NCBI GenBank assembly: GCA_024704765.1
Contig: JAKMXF010000033.1
Coordinates: 868,001-932,000, forward strand
Length of the DNA stretch: 64,000 nucleotides
DNA from: Oopsacas minuta
Taxonomy: Eukaryota; Animalia; Porifera
Direction of reading: 5' to 3'
The notes beneath the pieces are model-generated. The model saw only the letters and a list, made by a program, of their open reading frames with translations. It was not told where the DNA came from and ran no database searches. How positions within the stretch are numbered: position 1 is the stretch's first letter; each line of letters starts with the position of its first letter. The translations under genes were made by a program, and so were the position numbers. Shown piece after piece: positions 1 through 13,609 of this stretch.

Positions 1-830
1 TTGCTAACTACTTTCTAATAATATAGACAGAAAGTGAATTACCTTATATTCCTCTAATTTTCGAATTATTTGATAACACATGTACCAAAATTATTGTAGG
101 AACGTTATATTTGGCTAATGTTATTCTTGGAATATTCGCCAAAAGTATTTTCTAGTTTACATTCAAAATCTTCCAAATATCCTTGATTTATCGAGTGTAG
201 AACTTTGTCTCCGAAATTCGTCGAATGAAGAATTCTGTAACCACATGTTGGAGATTAATAAGGAGATGGATAAATATAGAAATTCGCTAATTTGGAACGA
301 GGCTTTGAGAATGTAGCATTCTAAATTTACATACATATGTTAATCTAGTTAAAGCTTACTCCCGAATAGTATATTCGCAATTCCGACAACGTTCCCTATC
401 CCAAGATTTTGGGATTTGAATCTTACTGTACTTTTTAATTTTAGAGTGGTTCATATTTGTATTCTAAAGTAATGGACGATGTGCTACGTCAATACTTCCA
501 TCCATCCTACCACTTCATTTCCCTGAGAGGATATTGCTTCACCGAAAGGAGCCAGCATGTTATCTTACGATACAAACAATGGATAATATTTTAAATAAAA
601 TCATATACTAAGCATACAGCGGAACTCTGATAAGATGTATTCTCCTACGGTTTTTTTTACCTGCAATGCAATTGTATGTCTTATCCGAATAAATAGGTCA
701 TGGGGGCTTAAAATTTGACCGAAAATGATGAACATTTTGACTGTCCCGACTATTGAATTTAGTTTCTAACTAATTATACAGAAACACATTTTAGCTAAAT
801 TATCTTGCAAATATTGAAATCTTATTCTAG

Positions 831-925
831 TGACATCAGCTACTACAGAATTATCGAACCCGACTTCCCTTCCTTCCGGAGGAACCACATGATTCTACAC
901 TCTCCTTTCACCGATTTTTCCTTAT
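831..925 (+). CDS. Candidate internal exon of the galactose-3-O-sulfotransferase-like gene
   Basis: Flanked by ttattctAG and GTgagt, with one open frame (DISYYRIIEPDFPSFRRNHMILHSPFTDFSL). It lies upstream of the sulfotransferase 3' exon. Linkage to that exon could not be demonstrated. Confidence 0.35.
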
Positions 926-1751
926 GTGAGTAACAAACTGAAAATTTCTGATTTCAAAATTTTTAGAATTCTCTTTTATCTAGTTTATATAGTAGCCAAT
1001 GGGTTTTGCTTAAAGAATTACACATAACTCTGTAGTTACAATATGATACTACTATAATAATTATTCCTATGAATTATGGGACAACCCTTGACTGTAAATA
1101 GAAATGTTATTCCCTAGTTACACATGCTTGTTAAAGGTATGCTACAAACTATTTGGTCAGTGTGGTTTTTTGTCCGGCCGGATCAAATATTTCGTGACAG
1201 GTATCATATTATCATTTATCTGATAATGCTAGGCTCCACTTCAGTGCTCTAACAACTTGCCATTAGATGCCATTAGACGGTTAGGTTTCGAATGTCTACC
1301 TCCCCTGCCTATAGTCCATTTCTCGCATCAAGTGACTCCTGGATGTTCAGAGAAATGAAAAGACAGCTTGGTGAAAAAAGATATAAAGAGCATGATACTA
1401 TGAGTTCGGGTGTGGAACTGTGAGAAAAGGGTATCTAAAAGGAATCTTTCGCCACAGGAATAGAATAACTACCAGAAAGGTGGGAGTGGTGCATCAAACT
1501 CAACAGGGAGTTCAATGAATACTTTGATAATGATTTAAATTTATATTTGTTACTAAATTAGTATTAGGAATTATGGGACAACCCTCGTATAAGAAATAGT
1601 AAATCCTAAAATCTTAAAAAGTGGGGGGAGCAAATGGAGCCAAGCAAATACTTGAGGGAACGTCACTGCGAATTACCCTGCATAATTCGACATAATATAA
1701 TATCCCAACAAGTATAGTGTCGGATTATCCTATGTTAAAATACTAACAAAA

Positions 1752-2432
1752 ATGGATAAAACAATTGAAGACTTCTTTAACTATCCACACTTATTAATCA
1801 ACGATCCAATGATATTGAAAAGAACATGGAATTTTATGTCATATGACATTGGATTAGATGATTTTGATATACCAAACGGAGTTAATAAATCGTATCTTAA
1901 AAGTAGACCAGAGTTGATGAAGGAAATTGATAGGTTTTTGAACTGGACAGAAGAAAATATTGATTTCTTTATAATTAGTGAGAAGTTTGATGAGTCTTTG
2001 ATTCTCTTGAAAGATCGGTTAGGTTGGAGAATAGAAGATTTAATCTATTTCCCTCTGAATAAAGCTGCAGAGCCTCCAAAGATAAACGAAGAGGATAAGA
2101 TTATGCTTCGCGATAAAACAGAGGAATTCTCATACATAGATTATCTACTCTATGAGAGGATGAAGCTGAAGCTGGATAGAATGATAGAGGAGAAAGGACC
2201 TCAGTTAGAGGTAGAAGTGTCCAAATTAAGAAGTTTGAATAGTGAATTTTCAGAATATTGTCTGGAGAATGTTGAAGTAGATCTTTCTATCCACGGAGCT
2301 GTTAAAATGCTTGACAACAAAGTAAAAAATGAACACATAGACAATAGGTGTTGTGTCGAAACAGCGATTTCTTCCAAAATATATTTGGAAGAGGTTATGG
2401 AGTATATGGTTAATTTATGTAAATTGGATTAA
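1752..2432 (+). CDS. Galactose-3-O-sulfotransferase (GAL3ST family)-like protein, C-terminal part; 5' exons unresolved
   Basis: Family motifs RNxMSYDIGL, FFIISEKFDESLILLKDRLGWRIEDLIYFPLN and DYLLYE, followed by the EVSKLRSLN...C helix. An in-frame stop at 1698-1700 means the N-terminal half must be in other exons or is disrupted. Confidence 0.7.
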   Translation: MDKTIEDFFNYPHLLINDPMILKRTWNFMSYDIGLDDFDIPNGVNKSYLKSRPELMKEIDRFLNWTEENIDFFIISEKFDESLILLKDRLGWRIEDLIYFPLNKAAEPPKINEEDKIMLRDKTEEFSYIDYLLYERMKLKLDRMIEEKGPQLEVEVSKLRSLNSEFSEYCLENVEVDLSIHGAVKMLDNKVKNEHIDNRCCVETAISSKIYLEEVMEYMVNLCKLD

Positions 2433-3231
2433 AATACGTACAGCGAAAGCTCTGGAAATTCCGGTCCTCCGAAAATGAGTAAATGGTCGTAATTTCTAAG
2501 TGACCCCAATTGGAAGCTTTTGGAAGGTTTTCTTTAAACAATTGCTATTCCATTAACATTTGATTTATTCTTAGTTAGCTTTTTGCAATAATTAGGCTAT
2601 ACCGACAGTAATTTGTTTATTTTAGTTTTTAACAGTTATATACCTAAACTCTACAATACTGTATACCAAGTTATAACATTATGAGAAATAACAATATTTA
2701 GGGATAAACAATAAGATTTGGTACTAAAACAATGTCAGGAATTCGAAATATCGGAGTGGCCGTTAGTGTTCCACCGTATCCGCAAATTTATACGTATTTG
2801 TCAGTTTATTTTATGATAGCATACCCGGAAGGATATACGTATTATTATGGATAGCCATTTGTGAATTTTGATAAAATTCTGCTGTACTGTGTTCACAAAA
2901 TGCATTATTTAATAGGGGTACAGTATATCGTGAACTAGTTTATTTACTGTAACAATTAACTTGTCAGATATATATACAGACATGGTATGGCCTTCATAAC
3001 ATTGGTTGCCCTGATCCTCCACTACTGTTAATACGTCATTGTCCATCGGTTAACCGGGTGACTTACACTATTAGTATTAACTTGCTCCGATTAACTGTAT
3101 ATTCTGATTTAACTTAATGTACGAAACGTTATTGTAATATAAGTATTGTAATATACGTATTCTTGCATGATTTTTGTTTTCATCTGTTTTAATTTAAAAC
3201 ATAATTAAATACGAAAAACATTTTAAATTAT

Positions 3232-4146
3232 TCAGTATCGGACACTGTTAGACTGTAACCATGGATGTAGAAGGAGTTCTTTAGCGCATGGTCTATCCTC
3301 TGGATTGACATGTAAGAGACTGAATACAAAGTCATGAGCATCTCCTGAATACTTCTTCCAGTCCATTTCACCATAGTAGTAGTCCCCTGATAAGATAGAT
3401 TGGTACATGGTGCTTGTCATCTCGATGTTGGGACCGTCTGGAGAGAAGGGAGGATATCCCATCAACATGATATACGTGATAACTCCTAGTGACCAGATAT
3501 CACACTTCTTGTCATAAGTCATAGGAGGACATGCTTTGTCTGATTCCTTTCTGAAGCGAGTATCATTGGATAGAACTTCAGGTGCTACATAGTATAGAGT
3601 GTAGAGAGGATTGGTGAGACCGTTATCATCCATTTCAGCATAACCAAAGTCTGCTAGCTTTAGAGTGATAGATTCTGCTTTCTCTTCCTCAGAAGTGGAT
3701 ACATCCATGAGAATATTTTCAGGTTTGAGATCTCTGTGTACTATGTTACCCTCATGTATGAATTCTATTGCTTTTAAGATCTGTTTTACAAACTGTTTTG
3801 CTTCTTCTTCACTTATTTGTTTCTGTTGCAGATGATCGAACAATTCTCCTCCATTCATCAACTCCATTACTATAAATATACATTCTTCATCGTCATCACC
3901 TAATCCGTTAATGTATACATCTATAATCTTGACGATATTACATGATTCTCTACAAGACCATTGTAGAGTTACTTCGTCCAATGCTTCAATACAAAAAGGC
4001 AGTATCTTCACAGCATACTGTATTCCCGATAAGTTATTCGTGCATAAGTACACGTCCCCATTTATCCCGCTTCCTACCGGCTTACTCCAATGGATGGTGT
4101 ATTCATCTGCAATGTTATTTTCTTGTATCATCAATGTTGTATCCAT
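3232..4146 (-). CDS. MAPKAPK5: MAPK-activated protein kinase 5-like Ser/Thr kinase (CAMK group), single exon, 304 aa
   Basis: DEYTIHWSKPVGSGINGDV resembles MK5 EEYSINWTQKLGAGISGPV. It has YAVK, HRDLKPEN, DFG, YYVAPE and TYDKKCDIWSLGVITYIMLMGYPPF, with all catalytic residues present. Confidence 0.8.
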   Translation of the reverse strand: MDTTLMIQENNIADEYTIHWSKPVGSGINGDVYLCTNNLSGIQYAVKILPFCIEALDEVTLQWSCRESCNIVKIIDVYINGLGDDDEECIFIVMELMNGGELFDHLQQKQISEEEAKQFVKQILKAIEFIHEGNIVHRDLKPENILMDVSTSEEEKAESITLKLADFGYAEMDDNGLTNPLYTLYYVAPEVLSNDTRFRKESDKACPPMTYDKKCDIWSLGVITYIMLMGYPPFSPDGPNIEMTSTMYQSILSGDYYYGEMDWKKYSGDAHDFVFSLLHVNPEDRPCAKELLLHPWLQSNSVRY

Positions 4147-5064
4147 TTGTTAATTTGGAATTTATGTTTATTGTATTTATTAAAACAATTGTAATATTTA
4201 CGTATTAGAAATTATATTACGATTGGCTTGTATTAGTATTTATACTAATACAAGCCATTTTGAAACTGCAGAATAGTATATGGCAAAGGAAAATTTATTC
4301 AATAATAAAGTTGGTTAAGTCACTAACGCAAGTAGTATATTTGAGGAGAAATTGATTGTATCATGAATTATAACCACCAACAGAGCTGAGGTAGATTTAT
4401 AATAATTATGTATTAGACTAAAATCTATTCTTTTCAGAGATGAATAGTTTATCCAACCACTTAGAGGAACTTAGAATAATTGTGGTTATGTACGGGTTTG
4501 CCACGAGAAAGTTGTCACACCAAATAGACTAAAATAATAGTATACGTCTACCTGAACTAAAATTTCTATAATGAATGGATTGAGCAGAAAATATGAAATA
4601 AGCACTGACAATTATTAGAGATCTTTATTCTAAAAATACTCACCTAAACTCAAATTCACACGTAGGCAATTTCTAGAACTTATTGCATAATTATGAACAT
4701 TTTTTGTTCATAATTTACACAATTACTTTTGAGGATCGGTAATCATATGTCTTCAACACTTACCGTAAGAATATGTTAGATTAAATTTAATGTTTTAGTG
4801 TATTACTTTTACAAGTAGATTCTATATTTTTTGAATCAGCGTTTGTTTCTTAAGTATTACACGTACGTATATCTATTAAGAAAGTAATACTCATAATTAA
4901 ACTATGACTGACTAGATATACCGGATGTGTTAAATTCAATGTACACACTTTTGCGAACGTCATTTTTATTTTCTATGTGTATTTATATTTTTTGTTTCTT
5001 TATGAATATAAGTAATTATATATTTGACATCAACAATCCTCTCCCAATATATTTTAATTAATTA

Positions 5065-5173
5065 CAGTAACTCAGCTTAATAGAGCCACCTTTAATCAGG
5101 TAAATCTGGTTAATCGGGCTAACACCTTTATCCCACTTAGGTTAAAATGTGACCCTTTAAGCGGAGTCTACTG
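5065..5173. mobile_element. Tc1/mariner-pogo (Tigger-type) MITE
   Basis: Imperfect TIRs cagtaactcagcttaa / ttaagcggagtctactg, flanked by TA on both sides. Confidence 0.6.
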
Positions 5174-7167
5174 TAGTTTAAATATTGTCAGAAAATTTAC
5201 ACAGCTGATATTTGTACTAAAGGCTCACTCCCAGCTCACAAATACTGCACAAAATGTTACAAATTAATATCCTAAGTATACAATACAAGTATACTACAAT
5301 ACATACGTAATTATCCAACATTATAATCTTAATTATTAAGCTGAATACAGAACAGATACAGGACTGCTATCATTCCAATCCACTCTAATACAAATATAAT
5401 ATTTAAGTATTCAATTATGGTTCAATACGTTCTTTACCGGGGTCATGGCCAGTTATGTGGACCGCAGTATTTCTGAGACATTTTTCATCGCAAGCGAGTA
5501 AGACAAAAGCTCGTACAACATTCGAAATGTTTTTGTACATTATTTAAACCGCTAGAACATTATAATGAGCACTTGAATCGGTTTACGAAGAAAATATTGT
5601 CATTAAGTTCCTACCTCTAACTAATCAATATTCCTAGAGTATATGTTTCTGTAGGAGTAATATTGAATGGAAATTATTCGTTGGGTCTGTCTGTGGATTA
5701 TATCAGTGGCTCTCATGGGGTTAATATATTAATTTTATTGTCTATTGTGGATTTTCCTAACAAACATACAGACATATATTAATGAGATAGTGCAATTGTC
5801 AGACAGATATATGTACTTATCAGACATTATTTGCTGTTAAAACTATCCAAATTCAAATGTATAATTATCTCCATAATCAAAACTAAGCTATAAAGGTGCA
5901 CATGACACAATTAGCACTTTACAGATATAATTGCATAATATTTTTACGTTTTCCTAAGTGAGAACTTTCCAAGGTGACTACTTATAATTAAATAGCAATT
6001 AATAAAGAAGCAATACGTCAAGTAATTATATCATTAAGTTTAACCAAATTAGGAAAACTCTGTAATAATCAGTATACATTCAATAATTATCACAAACAAA
6101 ATAATATTTTATGTCATAACTAAAACGACGATTCCACAATAAATTTTAGAAATTAATTAATAAACACAGAGTTAAGATTATCAAATTACGTAAGCCTGAT
6201 GTGAGTTGAATAAACAGATTATGTTTGCTTAATTAATGAACTATGACATTAATAGATGATCTTTGGGGTATACACTCTTAACTATGAGTTGATAAACACG
6301 CACAACAGCTAACAGGTTGTTTTGACTGAACTCTGCACTAGTACTTCAATAAATAAATAATCGACATAATATATGTTGTAGGGTATAACGTATACACACA
6401 CACTCTGTGCCACCTCATCTAGAGTATGTCTTGTAGAATTAATATTCATTGAAAATGTATTGTAGGGGCTGATAAGTTTACGAATAAGACTTCCTTTATA
6501 GAGTTATGTATACACCACTGAATTATCATGTAGTCAGTATACCTCAGTATTTGGTATTTGATTATCGAAACTTGAAACTCGTAATTCCTATTGGGAGTTC
6601 AGCCTTAACCATCGTATTAGTTAAAATATCATATTTATTCTATAAATTTAACCAAAAATAGTTTCAATAAAAATAATATAATCATAAGTTATACAGCTAA
6701 TACTGGACCATAAAAACAGCTTCCAGATCGTTACCAGTTACTACCGTAAACTCTACTAATCATACTTCGAAATAATGAATTAAAGTTTAGGGAGGAACTT
6801 TATAATATATTATTTAATATAATTCATTTAATAAAGTCGCGCGCTTATGTATGTGTGACCTAAAAAGTACAGACTAATTATTTTCACTTACCAATCATAT
6901 TTGTAATATCTAATTGCAGTTTCTACGTAACACAGAATTTCAACAAAATTCTTATAAATTATACAAAATAAAAAATACATGACTTACCACGCTGAGATTA
7001 TTCAATATTATGAATATTAAAAGAATAACCACTGGAAGTAAACTTAATAATAACGAGTGTGCTTCGCTTCAAAGTAATATGGAAAAGTTGTTGGCGAAAC
7101 AAAATTTGCACATTAATATATTACATAAATTATGTAAGTGCTAAGTAGCTAGCACAAACAATCTCAC

Positions 7168-7316
7168 CTGCACAACTGTACTTCGTTAGGGTTCATGTTA
7201 AGAACTACATCTTTCTGTATGAAGAAGATGTAGTCAATTTCATGCTCTCCCCACTCTCCATGAGAGCGTGCCTTGTAGTGTATACGTGTGATAAAGTGTA
7301 GATCTTCTAGAGAAAT
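7168..7316 (-). CDS. IDI1: Isopentenyl-diphosphate delta-isomerase, exon 2 (not in the ORF track)
   Basis: ttAG acceptor, then ISLEDLHFITRIHYKARSHGEWGEHEIDYIFFIQKDVVLNMNPNEVQLCR, then a GTgaga donor. It contains the catalytic WGEHEIDY motif and joins exon 1 in phase 0. Confidence 0.9.
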
Positions 7317-7546
7317 CTAATTGAAATATATACTCAATCATTTCAAAATTGGTGATTAGCAACCTATTTTCAGGTCCCAAGTGTTTATTTTGTACAATTA
7401 TGTTCCCCTAATAGCAACTGTTTGAGAACCAAAACCCAAGTTGCTCATAAGCAAACTTCACTATACATAATGGCAGTAGCGTATATGCTGAATCAAAAAT
7501 TTATTCGTTATTTATGAATGCGTAAATAATAACAAGGATTTATCTA

Positions 7547-8260
7547 TGTATGTGTTATGGGAGATGTTGGCGATTTACAAAATATGGCTTCAATTTTGCA
7601 CTAGTATGGCTTAAAGACGAACTATATGACATGGCTGCAAATTTACACCGTAGACCCAGACACTCCTTGTTAATCATTTTACCCAGAAACATTCATTGGA
7701 ACAAATTGTTACCATTACGACGAATTAATGAGAAGTAAAAGAATACATTTTGAAGAATATTCAATGGCACACGAAATTGTGAACTCAATTTTTGGAGGTG
7801 CTGCATTTGTCAGACGCTTGTTCCTAATTGCTAGTTATGTGTATTTTGCTCACTATTCTTACTGGTAGTGAAGAGTCTTTCCATCGGATTAGCGTCAGCA
7901 TTGGTCCTGGATGTATCCAGATTTCTTACTACCAAATAATTGTTGGTCAAATCTTGACAAACGCATATCGCAAAGATTGTGACAAATGCAAATGATTTTT
8001 GTCTGACAAATGCAGCGTCCCTTAAATTGAGTTTACAATTTGGTGTCTCATTTGAATATTCTTCAAATTGTATTTCTTACTTCTCATTCATCGTAATGGT
8101 ATAATATATTCTTATGAACGTTTCGGGGTAAAAGATTACCAAAGAGTGTCGGAGTCTACGGTCTAAATTTGTAGAAGCCATATAGTTCGTCTTAAAACAA
8201 TACTAGTGCAAAATTGAAGTCATATTTTGTATATCGCCAACATCTCCCATAACATATACA
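7547..8260. mobile_element. Foldback / long-TIR non-autonomous DNA element (arms ~280-300 bp, diverged) in IDI1 intron 1
   Basis: The left arm tgtgttatgggagatgttggcgatttacaaaatatggcttcaattttgcactagta... is the reverse complement of ...tactagtgcaaaattgaagtcatattttgtatatcgccaacatctcccataacata. Possible TA duplication. Confidence 0.8.
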
Positions 8261-8632
8261 GTGATAATCGGTATTACATTAAAATCCCTATCCTAATCTA
8301 CCGATAATCGCTATATTTCACTGATGATATCTAAGTACAATCAGGTATGGAATAATGATACCTAACACCTACTACATACTTTCCAACCTTCCCGTGATCC
8401 CTGAATTATCACGGGATTTGACGTAATATCCAGGGGAAAATATTGGATATTTCTCGCAATTTCTGATAAAATAGTAAAAAATCATATCATCTACAAATAA
8501 AATTAGAAACCCAAAGGGAACATTTTGAAAATCCTGGGATTTCGGGATAAATATCCAGGAAATAGTTAGAATGAGTTGGTAAGTATGCTACTATTGAAAT
8601 TTATCATTGGTGAAATCGATGATAATCTTGTA

Positions 8633-8784
8633 CAGTGGAACCTCGTTAATACGTACACCAAGGGACCGTCGAGATTTGTACTCCTTATCCGGAGTAAAAA
8701 CAATTGAATATCCATTGTACGGATTAAAATTGTGTAAAATTGTGTTCGTCTTAACCGGAAATTCGTATTAACGAAGTTTCACTG
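8633..8784. mobile_element. Tigger-type MITE
   Basis: TIRs cagtggaacctcgttaatacg / cgtattaacgaagtttcactg with TA flanks. A related copy starts near 19860. Confidence 0.75.
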
Positions 8785-10011
8785 TATACCGCTCACTGGA
8801 TAAGTATTTTCATAATAATATCATATTGAAAACATAATTCGAACAGAAATTATAGATATCTAATACACAATATCCGTTTAAGAATGTTTCTCTTTATGTT
8901 AAATATGCAAAGTTTCAAAATATCTGCTTACTTACCCAACAAAGCATTTAATTTCTTATAACTAAGAAACTCAGTATCGTAGCATTCCAGAAATTATAGC
9001 TCATACATTACGTACTTGAAATATTAAGTACATGTCCCTGAATAGCCGCTGTACGAAATTTCTAGGATATAAGCATATAATTGAATGATAACAAAGAATG
9101 TGTGGATTCGAATATTGGGCAGATAGACATGTGGTAATTGTAGATTCCTTGTTAAAATATCAGGATTGTATTTATCTGAGTTCTCAATTACCCTAGGCAA
9201 AATTAAACTCATTCTAAATAATTTTGATTTGTTGTCAAATCATAGAATTTACTAAATTTGTCTAATAAAATACTTTGATTTATTGAATTATTAACTAATT
9301 TGCCAAACAAGAATTGCTTGAATAAGCTAACGCTCTGTCTGGTGTTCTGAGCTACTTTGAGATTAGAAAATATATATAATTTTACTTGGATTGCATAAGC
9401 TAAGTGGAAGATAGGTAATTATTGCTGATTAATAATTATGTACATAGGGATACTGACATGGATAAATTGTTTTCAATTATGAATATTCTGTAGAAAGTTA
9501 TGCTAAATACTTCAATAATTATCCTGAAACTGACATTGACTACTAAATAGTGGATAACTTTATCAAGAATTGAATAAAGTATGAACTAAATCACATGTTG
9601 AAAGCAAGTTTACAAAATGGGCATTAGGTCAATCACATAATTTCAATACATGAATTACGTGTAAAAGATAATCTTCTCATTCGTTTTCCAAGAGATAGGA
9701 TGAAATTATATCATGTGTAGATTACCACATTAAGAGTTTGATTATTCCATTTGGTTGCATAGTGAATTTTATCCACCAGTTTGGTAGGGCCCTCTTCTTC
9801 CATTTGTAACACTTCCAATATAAATTTAGTAAATCTGGCCTGATTTTTCGATAATAAAAATTAGTGATTCGGTATCAACTGCTAATCAGAGGATAATTGG
9901 TAGAAAAGGACCCCGAACTCCTCTCCAGGCATGATGTGTCTGTCAGCTGAAAATAATTGTGAATTCGTTCATCTACATTACGTATGTGTAATAAGTAAAC
10001 CTTTATATTTA

Positions 10012-10557
<546 letters not shown>

Positions 10558-11667
10558 TCACCTCACTGATTCATATCCAGTGAGGTGTGCAAGAACTAAA
10601 TAATGCCTGCGTGATAACAGGTGGTAAGGATGTGGACATACCAACCAATATTATGTGTATAGTTATATTAATTATGATTAGATACGATTTCTTTTCAATA
10701 TCACAGATATGAGAATTGTAAAACCTTCTCATACTACAAGAATTGTATACTATACATTAGAAAGTACAAAGTAAAACTACGTAAGTGATGAATTAAAGTT
10801 TGATCAATTGGAGATATCTGTAGAAAGTGTAAGTTACGTGTAAGCGTAAAGCTAAAGTTGCAGAATATAATAATGTGTTGTGAGAGATCACTTTTACTGA
10901 ATTAAACAACAAAATTAAGCTATATATGTACATAAAGATTTGCTTACTGTAGTTAATTAAAATATACATTAAACTCCTGTTATAATGAAGTGATTCTTTA
11001 CGGCAAGTACGGCGAGCGCAATAGCACTTTCCTGAGTGTTCCGACATCGCCGTATCTCAAAAAACACGTCACATTTAGTTGGCTTGTATAGATGATGAGT
11101 GTAAAGAAATAAAGTATTTCCATCTTAATGGCATATCAATAAGGCCAGTGTTAATGAGAAACTTGTTTCAGAGCTACATGAGACCCACCTGAGCCTGCAT
11201 GAGAGCGGGGTCTATCAACGGAAAATTGGTAGAATCTTAATAAATTCAAAATGACAAAAGTCAAATTTGATAAGATATACGAGGAGAAATGATCTCTATT
11301 GTCTTATTAGCTAGTTTATATATCGTGTAGCTGAATTACATTGGATAAATGGTGAAATAATGACAATAATCGTGTGGTAGACAAATCAGATGCGAGCGGT
11401 GGAGCTGAAACACGTTTCCAACTGACAGTGGCCTAATAGAAACTAATGACGTAATGGAACGGCGCGGCGAATCCAGAACAGGGTGACCTGGAGGCCCAAA
11501 CATATTTGGCTTGTAAAACCTTGTTTTCAATGTAGGTAAAAGAACAATAGACTCTATTGTTCTGGCCTCACTCCTTGGTCCCCTATTGAATAGATCTAGG
11601 GTGGGGGATGTTAAGGGTGTATCACCCTAGAGCATATTATGTCAATCTATAATTTTGATTTATAATA

Positions 11668-11737
11668 CAGTAGATTCCGGATATAAGAACACCGGATATA
11701 AGAACACCGGATATAAGAACATGCCGGATATAAGAAC
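11668..11737 (+). repeat. Tigger-type element left end with four tandem copies of ccggatataagaaca
   Basis: TA|cagtagattccggatataagaac is followed by the 15-mer four times (11677-11737). The same family appears in reverse, ending at 50316 (…gttctatatccggtatctactg|TA). Confidence 0.7.
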
Positions 11738-13609
11738 CGCCTTCAGAAAACGGTTATCATATATTTTATGCCGCTATAAGAACATGTTCTTATAACCGGC
11801 ATTGAAGTATATGCGTATAAGACTTAAGAGGCATAACAAACTTGCATTTCTCATAATAGGGCCCTGGCTTTAATTCGTATGGTATCCACTTTGGGCCCAG
11901 CTCTACAAAGTTGAGAAACACTTGTTTAAAGTAATTCCAGCTGAAATTCAACACACATGTATATAAAATTCAAATCCTCATTGTTGTTCTTTATAAATTA
12001 GAAAAATGTGTTTGATTTGTTAGTTTTTACTGTATTCACTTATTCACATGTGCTTATTCTAATAATATACAGTTTTTACCAATTAAGCATGTTAGTTGAA
12101 CTACGTATGTGAACTCCCAGTTAGGGGTCTAAATTTATGTTTCGCCCGAATACCTATAAGTTGCCAGTCCTCCTCTCAAAAGGGATGGCCTAACAGGTAT
12201 ACAGAGCGGCGTACTAGAGTTTACCGTAATTTCAAATTGTGCTCAAATAAATTATGTGTTTCTTGATTTGTTTCTTAGGCATAGGCGTAACTAGAGAGTT
12301 ACTAGCGGTTGCTGGCAAGTCCAGGCCAATTGCCAGCAACGCCAGTAACGGTCCCGAGATTACTTGGGAAGCTAGCAATCTCTGTATTATTGGAGTTGCT
12401 AGCAAGTATCAATCCCACTTATATATCCTGAATTCCACAGCAATCCTACGTATGGTGGAAATGCTAGCTACGCCTCTGTTCTTGGTAAATATATTAGCTA
12501 TCAGTATTTAACATGTAATTAGGCCATGTAATTTAATATACTTGTTTCTCATCCCCGCCCGTCCCAAATTTTGCTCCCCTTCTGGAAAGATTTTATTTGT
12601 ATTTTTTCCAAATTTATGCATAATTCTTTGCTCACAGTGCAATCCACATTTTACTACCTGTGTAGTTAAAATTCAATATTTTTAAGCCAGAAAGAATGTG
12701 ATTAGATAATCATAGGGTGATTTTATTTCACATGTTAACTGGCCTATAAAAAATACAAATAAAATACTGTCCGCCGTCCCAGTTTCTGAAGAACTTCCGG
12801 ATGAGAAACAAGTAATTAATTTTACATGGCCATATCTAAGTGCCTGTTTTATTTGATAAATTAAAGGACTTAATGACTTAAGCAATAATATTTGATAGTT
12901 TAGTAATTTGAATATATTATACTGAATCTAGGCCATTCCATGTATTGTAATCTTCAAATCCTGTAAATCTCTATATGAACGACGTGAATCACTCCCTGTG
13001 TGGTGAAAGTACTATACTAGGAATATTACTGAATCAACATTGAATAACCATTCAATCAGCAGAGCATTTTATGCTATCTATATTCCACCAGTCTATAAAA
13101 CTAAAAGTTATATCTACGTAATAGTTAATAACTATACAGCTGTGTCAGTATCTACATTATACAATATGAACTAATCAATAATTGTTACAACATATTATAT
13201 TGGCGGTAAACGATTCTCAGTAACATAACACTACTTGCATTCGCATCCGCCGAGGCTGTATGCTAGTGATTCAAGTTATGCTGCTATTAAATATTGATAT
13301 AGTTTGAACACATGGTCGTGAACTCGTGGTTAAACTACTAACGGAATTATTACTTGTGAATCCTGACATTCGTTAATTGACAATTTTATATATTAAAGAG
13401 AATTTCATTAGTCATATGTATATATTTGTCGAAATTCCAACGACAAATACAGTTAACATCTGGTAACTCGAACATTGGTTATCTCTAATTTCATTTCCCC
13501 TGAGGGTTCGAGTTAAGGATGATAACTGTACTGCAGAGATAATTGTATTTTATAAAAGTCAGATAAAACTGTGAATGAATGAGTCAATTAAAATTTGTTA
13601 TAGTGTCAG

